This document shows, one piece after another, positions 32,484 through 41,951 of a stretch of DNA of 64,000 bases; positions within the stretch are counted from its first letter, which is position 1; each line of letters begins with the position of its first letter. The translations under genes and the position numbers were made by a program. This DNA is from Blastocatellia bacterium. GTDB taxonomy: Bacteria; Acidobacteriota; Blastocatellia; HR10; J050. The DNA is taken from assembly GCA_026985075.1 (NCBI GenBank), contig JALSQX010000020.1, positions 158,966 through 222,965 of the forward strand, given 5' to 3'. Under the pieces are notes generated by a model. The model searched no databases and was not told where the DNA came from. It saw only the letters and a list, made by a program, of their open reading frames with translations.

Positions 32484-34001
32484 CTAGCCTGTGATGTCAG
32501 CTCGCACAGGACCGAACTGGTCCTCGGTCGGCTCCGCTCAGCAAAACCACGGCTCGGTCACCCAGGGCGGCCGCTCCGCTCGATCGAGCCGCGGCGGTGG
32601 CGTCAATGTCGGTGACTCCCCGTCGCGCATTTCATAGGCCAACTGGCGGAGGCGATGGAAGGTCCGCGCCGGGTCTTCATGCGCGCGGCTGGCGTGCTCA
32701 ACTAAAGCACTCACCCGCCGATGAAGCTCATCCATACGCCGATCGGGATGAGCCCACCGATAGGTGAAATGGGTTTCATCGAGCGATTCCAGAAACGGGT
32801 GTATCTCCGCTCGCCCGAGGAGCGCCGACCCCGGCGGGATGAGAAGCCGGATCGTATATTGGACGGGGTCCACGTGATACACCAGCCCTTCCGAGTGAAC
32901 GAACTCCAGGATGTCAATATAATCATCCAACGTCGCCCATGGCGTGAACGGAATCCAGGTTGGACGCCAGGCTATCCCCGCTCGACGAACGAGATCGAGC
33001 GCCGCATAGACGTCCGCTCGGGTATGCCCCTTGTTGAGATTGGTCAATACCACATCGCTGAGCGATTCCACCGCCGAAATGATGAACAGGCATCCCAACT
33101 CGGCCAGTTCGAAGAGGATCTTGTGGCGCGCCAGCAGATGCTCGATCTTCGCCGTGAAATCGAACGTCACCTCGGGGAACGCTCGATGCATGGCGCGGAC
33201 CACGCGAAGCGCATGGCCCGGACCGTTCAAGAAATCGGGATCGCCGAACGTGATATGCTGAGCTCCCGCCGCCACCAACTGGCGGATATCTTCGAGGACG
33301 ATTTCGGGAGGAACGACGAAGAACCGCCCCCCATACACCGGTGGGATGGGACAGTGGACGCAATGATGAAGACAGCCCCGACTGGCTTCGACATAGCCGA
33401 CGAGTCGACGCGCCCCCCCGACCTCCACATGAGCATACCGGGACAGCGGCGGAAGCCCCTCTCGGTAGGGCACGGCGAAGGGAAGCCGCCGAAGGACCGG
33501 TTCCTTCTTACGTCCCGGGAAACTGACGCCGGGGACATCCAGAGAGTGTGGAGAATGCCGGGAGGAGTCTCGGGCCTCGTCCTCTCGTTGCCGCCGCAGA
33601 GCGTCGACCAACGCCACGAAGGGTTCCTCGAACTCCCCACCAATCACCGAGTCGGCGATGTGACTGAGCAAGTAGTCGGCATTGAGCTGAGCATAAAGAC
33701 CCAAAAAGCAGATATGACAGGTGGGATTGATCCGACGAATACGTTGAGCGACGGAAACGCCCAACCGCAATGCCGTATGCATGGGCACCGAGATGCCTAC
33801 AACCCGGGCGCGCGCCGCTTTCTGAGCGTCGAACGGCTCAACGGCGATGTCCATAGTCTCACAGGCATAGCCCGCCCGGCGCAGAAATCCACAGACCGAG
33901 GCGATGCTGAAAGGCTGATGGCCGAGATCATAACAGGAGATCAGAAGGATTGACGCTCGATGGGCAATACCATGAGCGGACATACAGTTGTGGTGGTTCA
34001 T
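32484..34001 (-). CDS. B12-binding radical SAM protein with CUAEP tail; predicted selenoprotein (Sec at TGA 32540-32538)
   Basis: CYDLGHQP B12-binding region, GCLHHCVHC (CX3CX2C); in-frame WFC-TGA-AEPTEDQFGPVRADITG-TAG; ATG at 34001 has GGAG upstream. Confidence 0.88.
32508..32524 (-). promoter_or_regulatory. Putative bacterial SECIS element
   Basis: Minus strand AGGACC-AGUUC-GGUCCU hairpin with 13 nt between the UGA and the stem; GU in the apical loop. Confidence 0.75.
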
Positions 34002-34024
34002 GATCTTCTCCACATCGAGCGGGA

Positions 34025-34678
34025 TTAACAACCGGGGAAACACCGGGTGCCGAGTCTCTCGGCGGTATGCTGGCGCACGGTCGCCGCCAGCTCGATGGTT
34101 CTGGCGGCCGCTTCCCGCGCCATCTGCTGGGCTTCCGCCGTCGTCGCATACGTGGTCAATAACTCTCGTCCTCTCCGGTGATGCCGCCGTTCCTCGGGCT
34201 GGATGACCCGCCGATAGAGATCGACGGTCTCCCGATCGCCCAACTCCTCACAGTACCGTATGAACGTTTCGTTGACCTGATAGGCCAACAATTCCAATGT
34301 GAATTGACCGGCAGCGATCCGCTCTATTGGCGCGCGCAGCGATTTCAAGTAGGCGAACAGAGGATTCTCGTCCGGCGGAGTGAACGCATCGAGCGCGAAT
34401 CCCAAGGCCGTGAGCCGGTCGGCCACTAACCGGAAGTGCTTGGCTTCATCACCGGCTTGCTCGGCCAACGCGATTTTGATATCCCATTCCCCCGTGGATG
34501 GCATCCAGATGGCGGCCAGTTCGCTGACGCTGATCTCATTGGCCAACGCCAGCTGGAGAAGCTGAGAGATATCGGCGCTGCGGGCAGCGCTTTCGCCGAG
34601 CGCGGTCACCTCGCCCCATTGAGCGAGACGCGCGCGAACGAACGCCTCTAGTTCCTCAACGAATGCGCGACTCTCCAT
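34025..34678 (-). CDS. Ferritin-like (di-iron four-helix bundle) protein with C-terminal CFPGC
   Basis: E...DEAKH and E...EERRH paired ExxH motifs; terminal RCFPGC then TAA. Confidence 0.82.
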   Translation of the reverse strand: MESRAFVEELEAFVRARLAQWGEVTALGESAARSADISQLLQLALANEISVSELAAIWMPSTGEWDIKIALAEQAGDEAKHFRLVADRLTALGFALDAFTPPDENPLFAYLKSLRAPIERIAAGQFTLELLAYQVNETFIRYCEELGDRETVDLYRRVIQPEERRHHRRGRELLTTYATTAEAQQMAREAAARTIELAATVRQHTAERLGTRCFPGC

Positions 34679-34741
34679 AGTGCTTCGACTCCTCGTTGGT
34701 TCCAGAACCGAACCTCATCCGCCGCGATGACGGGACGCCCC

Positions 34742-35050
34742 TCACTCAACCTTTCCCAGCGAACCCCATTTGGCTTGAAATTCCTCGGCCGATAACTGAT
34801 ACCAGTCAGCGTTCTTGGGGATGAACTCCTGCCACTGTTCGGGAACCTCGTCTTCGGCGAAGATCGCCTCGACGGGACAGGCCGGTTCGCACGCCGCGCA
34901 ATCAATGCACGTCTCCGGATCAATATACAGTTGCTCCACGTCCTCGAAATGCGCTTCCTCCTTTGTCGGATGAATGCAATCAACCGGGCAGACATCCACG
35001 CAGGCGGTATCCTTCGTCCCAATGCACGGCTCGACGATGATATACGCCAT
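34742..35050 (-). CDS. fdxA: Dicluster (7Fe-type) ferredoxin
   Basis: CIGTKDTACVDVCPVDCI and CIDCAACEPACP; GAGGAGG before ATG at 35050. Confidence 0.92.
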   Translation of the reverse strand: MAYIIVEPCIGTKDTACVDVCPVDCIHPTKEEAHFEDVEQLYIDPETCIDCAACEPACPVEAIFAEDEVPEQWQEFIPKNADWYQLSAEEFQAKWGSLGKVE

Positions 35051-35124
35051 AGTGATCCTCCTCTCTCCAGTGAATCTCGCGCGGGAGCATAGCAGAGCGA
35101 CGCCTCCCGAGTTCCCGTTCCGCC

Positions 35125-35490
35125 TCACGCGGGCGCGTCAAGGGCCTCGGTCATCGACGCCCTCTGACACTGATCACAGGGACAGAGTTTCCGCAACGTC
35201 TGAAAGCTGTAGATTCCCGTCCCATGACCGTCGCTCCAGGTGAACTGCAGCGCATACTGGCCGACGAGTTCTGCGCTCAACATCTTCAGGTCGACGGGAA
35301 CGGCATCCGGCGACAACCGCTTCTCGCCCGTCCACTCATCGATGCAAGACGCGCAAGGGCAATGTTGGCGGAGATAACGCGCCGGATACGTGCTCACATG
35401 ACCATCACCCCAGGCGATCTCCAGTGCGGCGTCACCTCTCTTCTTGATGCTGACGGGCGTAGCGATATTGTGGTCTGAGGGGATCGTCAT
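35125..35490 (-). CDS. DUF971 / gamma-butyrobetaine hydroxylase N-terminal-like protein
   Basis: WGDGH, YLRQHCPCASC, VGQYAL, WSDGHGTGIY, CPCDQC. Confidence 0.88.
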   Translation of the reverse strand: MTIPSDHNIATPVSIKKRGDAALEIAWGDGHVSTYPARYLRQHCPCASCIDEWTGEKRLSPDAVPVDLKMLSAELVGQYALQFTWSDGHGTGIYSFQTLRKLCPCDQCQRASMTEALDAPA

Positions 35491-35542
35491 CCTCGATCAT
35501 CGATTCCACCGGACAACGGATGTTGCCCAGAATCATCTACCC

Positions 35543-36643
35543 TCACGCCGGCACCTCTTCGATGTGAAGCGGCGGGCGCTGGTAGTTTTGAATGCTGATC
35601 TGGGCCGCTAGATTACCCAAGATCTGCTGATAAGCCTTCGCTGACGGGGAATCCGGGTCGGCGATGATAATAGGAGTGCCTTCGTCCGCGCGAATTCTGA
35701 TGCCGATGTCAATGGGGATCTCGCCGAGGAAGGGAATGCCGAGCTCTTCGCTGGCCTTGGCCGCGCCGCCCGAACCGAAGATATCCTCCCGCGCGCCACA
35801 ATGAGAACAGATATGATAGCTCATGTTCTCGATGATGCCTAAAATGGCGACATTGGTCTGCTGAAACATCCGCAGCGTCTTCATGGAGATTTTCCACCCT
35901 ACGTCCTGTGGCGTGGAGACGATCACTCCGCCCGTGACGGGCACGGACTGGACCAGCGTCAGGTGAACATCGCCCGTCCCCGGCGGCAAGTCAACGATGA
36001 GATAATCCAACTCTCCCCAGTCAACCTGGAACAAACACTGCGAAAGAGCCTTATGAGCCATCGGGCCCCGCCAGATGAGCGGCTTCTCGCTGGGCACGAA
36101 TAACCCCATGGAGACGAAGCGCACGCCGTACTTCTCCACCGGGATGATGCGATTGTCACGCAGTTCGGCCTGTTCATGTACGCCCAGCATGATGGGGATA
36201 CTGGGACCGTAAATGTCGGCATCCAGCAATCCCACGCGAGCGCCCGTCCGGGCCAATCCGACAGCGAGGTTCGTCGCCACTGTAGATTTCCCCACTCCGC
36301 CCTTTCCACTGCCTACGGCCACGATGTTTCGCACGCTGGCCAAGGCCGATTTATCGAGACCGGCATGCTGGCGCACCTCAGCCTTCATATTGATGTGCAC
36401 CTCGCTGACCCCGGCCAATGCCATCACGGCCCTCCTGGCCTCGTCCCGCAGCTTCTCTTTCACCGGACAGGCGGGCGTCGTCAGATTAATATCGAAACTG
36501 ACCACCGAACCGTCGATCTTGAGATTGTCGATGAAATTCAGCGAGACGAGATCGCGATGTAAGTCGGGATCCTTCACCCCGCGCAACGCCCTCAAGACAT
36601 CGGCCTCGGTCACCCGTTGGCGATCATCGGTTGGCGAATTCAT
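35543..36643 (-). CDS. apbC: Mrp/ApbC Fe-S cluster carrier ATPase
   Basis: DUF59 LTTPACP, SGKGGVGKST, DADIYGPS, DLPPGTGD, ENMSYHICSHC. Confidence 0.95.
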   Translation of the reverse strand: MNSPTDDRQRVTEADVLRALRGVKDPDLHRDLVSLNFIDNLKIDGSVVSFDINLTTPACPVKEKLRDEARRAVMALAGVSEVHINMKAEVRQHAGLDKSALASVRNIVAVGSGKGGVGKSTVATNLAVGLARTGARVGLLDADIYGPSIPIMLGVHEQAELRDNRIIPVEKYGVRFVSMGLFVPSEKPLIWRGPMAHKALSQCLFQVDWGELDYLIVDLPPGTGDVHLTLVQSVPVTGGVIVSTPQDVGWKISMKTLRMFQQTNVAILGIIENMSYHICSHCGAREDIFGSGGAAKASEELGIPFLGEIPIDIGIRIRADEGTPIIIADPDSPSAKAYQQILGNLAAQISIQNYQRPPLHIEEVPA

Positions 36644-36789
36644 ACTCTCTCCTTCGGGTCGGACGCGCCCATTCCCCGTAGAAGCCGCTCGGCGCGCGCC
36701 CATTGGCGTGGGTGACGCTCCGCTCGCGGAGGGACGACCCCACAAGAGGCACCCCTCCTATTCCCGTCCCGTGCGAGGGCGACGCGCCA

Positions 36790-37125
36790 TCACACCGAAA
36801 AGCTGCTTCCACAGCCACAGCTCCCCGTGGCGTTGGGATTCTTGAAGGTGAAGCCGGATCCCATGATGGAATTCACATAATCCAGCTCGACGCCATTCAG
36901 AAACCGCTTACTCATCGGATCGACGAAAATCCGAATCCCATTGGCCTCGATGATCTCATCATCTTCATTGGGCGTTTCATCGATCACCATGTCGTATTGA
37001 AATCCCGAACATCCACCGGGAATGACTCGAATGCGCAGCCCCGCTTCCGGATTCACGTTCTCCGAGGCGAAGAATTGCTTGATCGCATCAGCCGCTGTGT
37101 CGGTCACGGTTAAGTTCAAGCTCAT
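36790..37125 (-). CDS. erpA: A-type Fe-S carrier (ErpA/IscA)
   Basis: GGCSGFQY, NPNATGSCGCGSSF; TAAGGAGG upstream. Confidence 0.9.
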   Translation of the reverse strand: MSLNLTVTDTAADAIKQFFASENVNPEAGLRIRVIPGGCSGFQYDMVIDETPNEDDEIIEANGIRIFVDPMSKRFLNGVELDYVNSIMGSGFTFKNPNATGSCGCGSSFSV

Positions 37126-37255
37126 GTTGCTCCATCCTCCTTACTGATGATGTTGATGATATGGCCTTTAGAGTTCGACAACCGCCACCTCACACGGTCG
37201 GCCCTGGCGGCGGTTCGTGTCACCCTCACACGCATGCCCACTCGTTCACCGGCAG

Positions 37256-37285
37256 ATTATAACAGACCGGTCCTCTATTTTTCAA
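37256..37285 (-). promoter_or_regulatory. Sigma70 promoter of the Fe-S gene run
   Basis: Minus strand TTGAAA (37285-80), 18 bp, extended -10 TGtTATAAT (37264-56); AT-rich tract upstream. Confidence 0.72.
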
Positions 37286-37413
37286 CATAAAATCCAAAAA
37301 AGCATAAAAACTTGTCTGATCACCCCGGACTCTTCTTGACCGTCTTCTGACCGAAGCGTCGAAGCCACTGGGGCAGAGGGAGGCACGCCCGGCAGGGTGT
37401 CCCTCGGACCTCT

Positions 37414-39834
37414 CTATTCTTCGTTTTCGTCCGACTCACCTTCCTCCTTCCTCTCCAATTGTTCGGCCAATTCTCTGAGGCGACGATCTACAAGATAATT
37501 CAATGTGTCCGGTTCGAACTGGCCGTCGTCGCCGCGCTGGCCAGCTTTCAGACCGGTGAGGAGTTCGGCCGCTTCATCGACGGTCCGCACCGGATAGATA
37601 TGGAACTGTCGATTTCGAATGGCCTCGATGACTTCTTTTTTCAACATCAAATTGGTCACATTCTGATGAGGGATGATGACGCCATGCTCGCCGTTGAGGC
37701 CGTGCGCCTTGCACACATAGTAGAATCCCTCGATCTTCTGGTTGACGCCTCCCACCGGTTGGACCTCCCCTTTTTGATTGATAGAGCCGGTGACAGCCAG
37801 ATTTTGCTTCACGGGCACGCCGGCCAGGCTGGACATCAAGGCGACGACTTCGGCCACCGAGGCGCTATCTCCTTCGACCATCTCATACGTTTGTTCGAAT
37901 CCCAGGCTGGCCGCCAAGGTGAGCGGTTTATCCTGAGCGAACTTGGCGCCCAGGTATCCACTCAAAATCATCACGGCCTTGTTATGGATGTTCCCGCTCA
38001 ACTTGGCCCGTCGCTCGATATTGATCACCCCGGTTCGACCGGCGAACGTCTGGCAGGTGATGCGCACCGGCTTGCCAAACTCATAGTCTCCCAGGTTGAT
38101 CACCGAGAGGCCATTGACCTGACCGACGACGGCCCCATGGGTATCCACCAGGATGAAGCCCCGGGCGATCATTTCCTGGATGCGCTCTTCGACCCGGTTG
38201 GAGCGGTAGATCTTCTCCTCGATGGCTCGCTCTACGTCCTCGCGACGCACAATCTCGCTTTGACGACGGGAGGCCCAGTAACTGGCCTCGGTCATGATAT
38301 CGGCGATCTCGCCGAATCGGGTGGAGAGCTTCTTTTGATCTTCGGCCAACCGCGAGCCATACTCCACCAGGGCGGCGATGCCGCTCCGATCGAAGGGCTT
38401 GAGGTGATCGCGAGCGCAGCAGGCGTTGACGAACTGGGCGTATTGTCGTTCATTCTCCGGCGTGCGATCCATCTGGGAATCAAAATCCGCTTTGACCTTG
38501 AACAGCTTCTGGAAATCCTCGTCCAACAGGTAGAGGAGATGATAGAGAAGAGGATTGCCAATGAGGATCACTTTCACCTGGACCTTGATCGGCTCGGGTC
38601 GCAGGCCGGTCGCACTGATGATCCCATATTGAACGCCGACGTCCTCGATGCGGACTTCCTGATTTTCGATGGCCCGTTTGAGCGTATCCCACACGTATGG
38701 ATATTTGAACAGGTCGGCAGCCTCGACGATCAGGTATCCCCCGTTAGCGCGGACCAGGGATCCAGCCTTGACCATGGTGAAGTTGGTGACCAAGGCGCCA
38801 AAATGCACTTCACGCTCGATCGCCCCGAACAAGTTCATATAAGTGGGATTCGACTCGATGATCACTGGTGCGCCTTTGGTATTGGAGTGATCGACGAGGA
38901 CGTTCACCCGATATTCGACGAAGCGGGACTTCTCGTCCACCATGCGCAACGCTTTGGGGATGGGAGGGCCCTCCTCCTCCTTTCGGCGAAAGTCGGTGAT
39001 ATTCTCCAAGACGTGCTCCTGGACCTCGTTCAGATAGCGGACGATATTCTCATGGGCGGCATATTTTCGCCGATGGTAGGCAAACAGGCTCTGGACGGCG
39101 ATGGCCGCCGTTTGTTTCTCCAGCTCTTTGATTCTCTGCCGCGTCTCCCGCTCGGCTTCCCTGACCAAGTCCATCATCTCGGAGACCTTTTTGTTGAACT
39201 TCTCGATCCGGTAGCGGATGGCCTCCTTCTCCTCATCGGAGAGGGCTTCGTACTGTTCTTGAGAGAGCGGCTTGCCATCTTCGCTGACCACCTGCGTGAT
39301 GATCCCCGCTGGCGTGACCTGGAGGTGAATGCCTTCTTGCCGAGCCTCCCGCTGAATCTGCGAGAACAGTTCCGCCGTCTTCTGCTGATAGGCGCGCAAG
39401 ATGTCCGCCTGCTGCTGTTCATATCGTTTGCTCTCGAACATGCGGGGGATTTCCTGGCGCAAACTCTCGATCAGTTCCTCCATATCCTTCTGCAGTTGTC
39501 GCCCCAGCCCCGGCTGAAGATAGAGGACGCGCGGTTCATCGGGAGCCTGAAAGTTGTTGACCAGACAGATATCGGGCGGGGTCGGTTTCTGTTCGGCCAG
39601 GCGCGTCAATGTCGATTGGATAAGGGTGGTGCGTCCCGTACCCGGCGGTCCAGCCAGGAACAGATTATATCCGCGCGAAGTGATATCCAGTCCAAACCGA
39701 ATGGCCGTCGCCGCCCGCTTCTGACCGATGATGCCCTCGGGTAGAGACAATTCGGCGGTGGTCTCGAAGTCGAATTGATCGGGATCACAGGCGCGATATA
39801 CCTCTTCGGGCGAAAGTTCTCGATGCTCTGGCAT
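37414..39834 (-). CDS. Lon-like (LonC-type) S16 protease
   Basis: IGQKRA, GPPGTGRT, coiled-coil insertions, ANGGYL, EGDSAS (Ser), GGVNQKIEGF (Lys); GGAGAGG before ATG at 39834. Confidence 0.9.
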   Translation of the reverse strand: MPEHRELSPEEVYRACDPDQFDFETTAELSLPEGIIGQKRAATAIRFGLDITSRGYNLFLAGPPGTGRTTLIQSTLTRLAEQKPTPPDICLVNNFQAPDEPRVLYLQPGLGRQLQKDMEELIESLRQEIPRMFESKRYEQQQADILRAYQQKTAELFSQIQREARQEGIHLQVTPAGIITQVVSEDGKPLSQEQYEALSDEEKEAIRYRIEKFNKKVSEMMDLVREAERETRQRIKELEKQTAAIAVQSLFAYHRRKYAAHENIVRYLNEVQEHVLENITDFRRKEEEGPPIPKALRMVDEKSRFVEYRVNVLVDHSNTKGAPVIIESNPTYMNLFGAIEREVHFGALVTNFTMVKAGSLVRANGGYLIVEAADLFKYPYVWDTLKRAIENQEVRIEDVGVQYGIISATGLRPEPIKVQVKVILIGNPLLYHLLYLLDEDFQKLFKVKADFDSQMDRTPENERQYAQFVNACCARDHLKPFDRSGIAALVEYGSRLAEDQKKLSTRFGEIADIMTEASYWASRRQSEIVRREDVERAIEEKIYRSNRVEERIQEMIARGFILVDTHGAVVGQVNGLSVINLGDYEFGKPVRITCQTFAGRTGVINIERRAKLSGNIHNKAVMILSGYLGAKFAQDKPLTLAASLGFEQTYEMVEGDSASVAEVVALMSSLAGVPVKQNLAVTGSINQKGEVQPVGGVNQKIEGFYYVCKAHGLNGEHGVIIPHQNVTNLMLKKEVIEAIRNRQFHIYPVRTVDEAAELLTGLKAGQRGDDGQFEPDTLNYLVDRRLRELAEQLERKEEGESDENEE

Positions 39835-40096
39835 TGTTTTCCTCTCCATAGAATCGTCCATTCTCTGAGCTGCCGGTATATTGTTCACATTCCCGGCGAC
39901 CGATTCAAGCGCTGGAATCAAAATTGGGTGTGCTTCAAGACAGCCGGTCGAATCTCTTCCAACTCCGCATCCCACGCCACGTCCCGGTCAATAGGGAACC
40001 GTACCGTCTCGTCGGTGTCTAATGTGTAAGGCATGCCATGGCTGACCCGAGCTACGGCCCAGTGCGACCTGTTCAGGGCTCATCGGCGGAGAGGAG

Positions 40097-40864
40097 ATGA
40101 TGATGTTCGAAGAAGTCTTACTCGAATCGACCAGCCCGCGATGGATGACTTCGGTCAGACGGCATTTCCTGATCACCATGATCATCTACTCGCTAGGGCT
40201 GGCCATCGTTGTGGTGGCGAGCATCCTCCTCACCACTCCGCAATTCCAAAGGCAGCCCATCTTGACGGCGCTTCTCTCTCCTCTTCGGCTCCCCTCCTCG
40301 GAAGAGGCTCGCTCCCCTGCCCGGTCAAGCCTGAGGAGCGGGCATCGTGTCGTTCGCCCTATCACTATCCCCAGTGTACCGATGCTCTCCTCTCCGGCGA
40401 CGAGGGAAGTTCCTCAGGTAGAGGATGGAACCCAAGGAGGCGAAGGCGATGCTCTCGGCGCGCTCAGGAGGAGTGGGGATGGTTCTGAAGGAGGATGGCT
40501 TGGCGAAGCCCTCCATTCGATCGGCCCGCTGCCCATGCCCACTCCAGCTCGATCATCCGAAGGCGATCCGAGTTTGGACACGACCCGGCATGTCTCAAGC
40601 GGTGTGTTGCTGGGGAAAGCTATCCGTCGCACCACGCCTGTCTACCCTCCACTCGCGCGACAGATGCGGGTGGCCGGCACTGTCCACGTGGAGGTCGTCA
40701 TCGATGAACGCGGGCGCGTGATCTCGGCTTTCGTCATAAAAGGACCACCTTTGCTGTGGTCGGCGGCCCTGGAGGCGGCGCGCCGGTGGGTGTTCCGCCC
40801 TACGTTGCTCAATGGTCATCCGGTGAAAGTCACCGGAGTATTGATTTTTCGCTTCCATCTGTAG
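40097..40864 (+). CDS. TonB family energy transducer
   Basis: N-terminal TM, Pro-rich linker, PVYPPLAR..G.V.V...IDERG.V...W.FRP TonB C-terminal domain. Confidence 0.85.
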   Translation: MMMFEEVLLESTSPRWMTSVRRHFLITMIIYSLGLAIVVVASILLTTPQFQRQPILTALLSPLRLPSSEEARSPARSSLRSGHRVVRPITIPSVPMLSSPATREVPQVEDGTQGGEGDALGALRRSGDGSEGGWLGEALHSIGPLPMPTPARSSEGDPSLDTTRHVSSGVLLGKAIRRTTPVYPPLARQMRVAGTVHVEVVIDERGRVISAFVIKGPPLLWSAALEAARRWVFRPTLLNGHPVKVTGVLIFRFHL

Positions 40865-40963
40865 GAGCACCCCCGGTCGATCAGATGGGCGCGGATGAAG
40901 GACCAAGCCCGGGGAGGATCAGCACCGATCGGCGGCCAGAAGATCGGCAGATGACCGTGGAGC

Positions 40964-41284
40964 TCACGGCATAATCATGGACGTCCACCCCGAAGGAAGC
41001 GGACTCCAGCCCCGGGTGAAGAAATCGCTCAACGTCAACGCCAGAAGAATGGCCAGCCAGAAAAATCCCGATCCCACGAACACCCAGACCAGTCGGCTGC
41101 TATACTTCACGTGCATGAAGTAGAGAATGACAATGGTAGCCTTGGTGACCGCAATGGCGAGGGCCACGTAGAGATTCAACAACCCCAGATCGTAAAAGGC
41201 GACGTCGACGGTGACCAGGGTGAGGAGAATCAAGGTCGCGAACACCAGGAGATAGATCTTTTGTGGAACGACGTGATGCGCCAT
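40964..41284 (-). CDS. ctaF: Cytochrome c oxidase subunit IV
   Basis: 3 TM, KA.IVILYFMHVKYS; last gene of the operon. Confidence 0.9.
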   Translation of the reverse strand: MAHHVVPQKIYLLVFATLILLTLVTVDVAFYDLGLLNLYVALAIAVTKATIVILYFMHVKYSSRLVWVFVGSGFFWLAILLALTLSDFFTRGWSPLPSGWTSMIMP

Positions 41285-41288
41285 GGGA

Positions 41289-41951
41289 TTAACTCCGACT
41301 GATTAAGTAGAGCAACGGGAAGAGGAAGATCCACACGATATCGACAAAGTGCCAGTAGAGGCCGGCGACTTCCACCGGATTATAGTATTCGGATGAAAAC
41401 CGCCCGCGCCAGGCCAGCACCACGAGCACGGCTAATACGCTGACGCCGATGATCATGTGAAGGGCATGCATGCCCGTCATGGCGAAATAGAAAGAGAGGA
41501 ACACATAGAGTTGCTGTGGATCGACGTGAAAGCGAATGAACTCATGAGGCGGAACGAAATTGATCCCGGGAATCAAGTGCTCGTGATATTTATGGGAATA
41601 CTCAAACACCTTGATTCCCAGAAACACCGATCCCAGCAGCATAGTCAACAACAAGAATCCGATGAGCGATCGGCGGCGACCCAACTGGGCGCTGCGGACG
41701 GCCAGAGCCATCGTCAGACTGCTACAGATCAACACGGCCGTATTGATGGCGCCAATGCGGTAATCCAGATGGAGACTGCCTTCGGCGAACGCCAACGGGT
41801 ACTGAGAGCGATACACCGCATAGCCGGTGAATAACCCACCAAAGAACAGAACCTCAGTGATCAAAAACGCCCACATGCCCAGCGTGGACGCTTCGAACTG
41901 CTGTTCCAGATCGTCAAACTGGTGCGCTAAGACCGAGTGCGTTTCAGACAA
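41289..41951 (-). CDS. ctaE: Cytochrome c oxidase subunit III
   Basis: [31 protein letters not shown]. Confidence 0.95.
   Translation of the reverse strand: MSETHSVLAHQFDDLEQQFEASTLGMWAFLITEVLFFGGLFTGYAVYRSQYPLAFAEGSLHLDYRIGAINTAVLICSSLTMALAVRSAQLGRRRSLIGFLLLTMLLGSVFLGIKVFEYSHKYHEHLIPGINFVPPHEFIRFHVDPQQLYVFLSFYFAMTGMHALHMIIGVSVLAVLVVLAWRGRFSSEYYNPVEVAGLYWHFVDIVWIFLFPLLYLISRS

Noticed and set aside
36725..36760. Possible degenerate GTAG-type REP between erpA and apbC
   Set aside because: Single, poorly palindromic copy with no RAYT gene in the window
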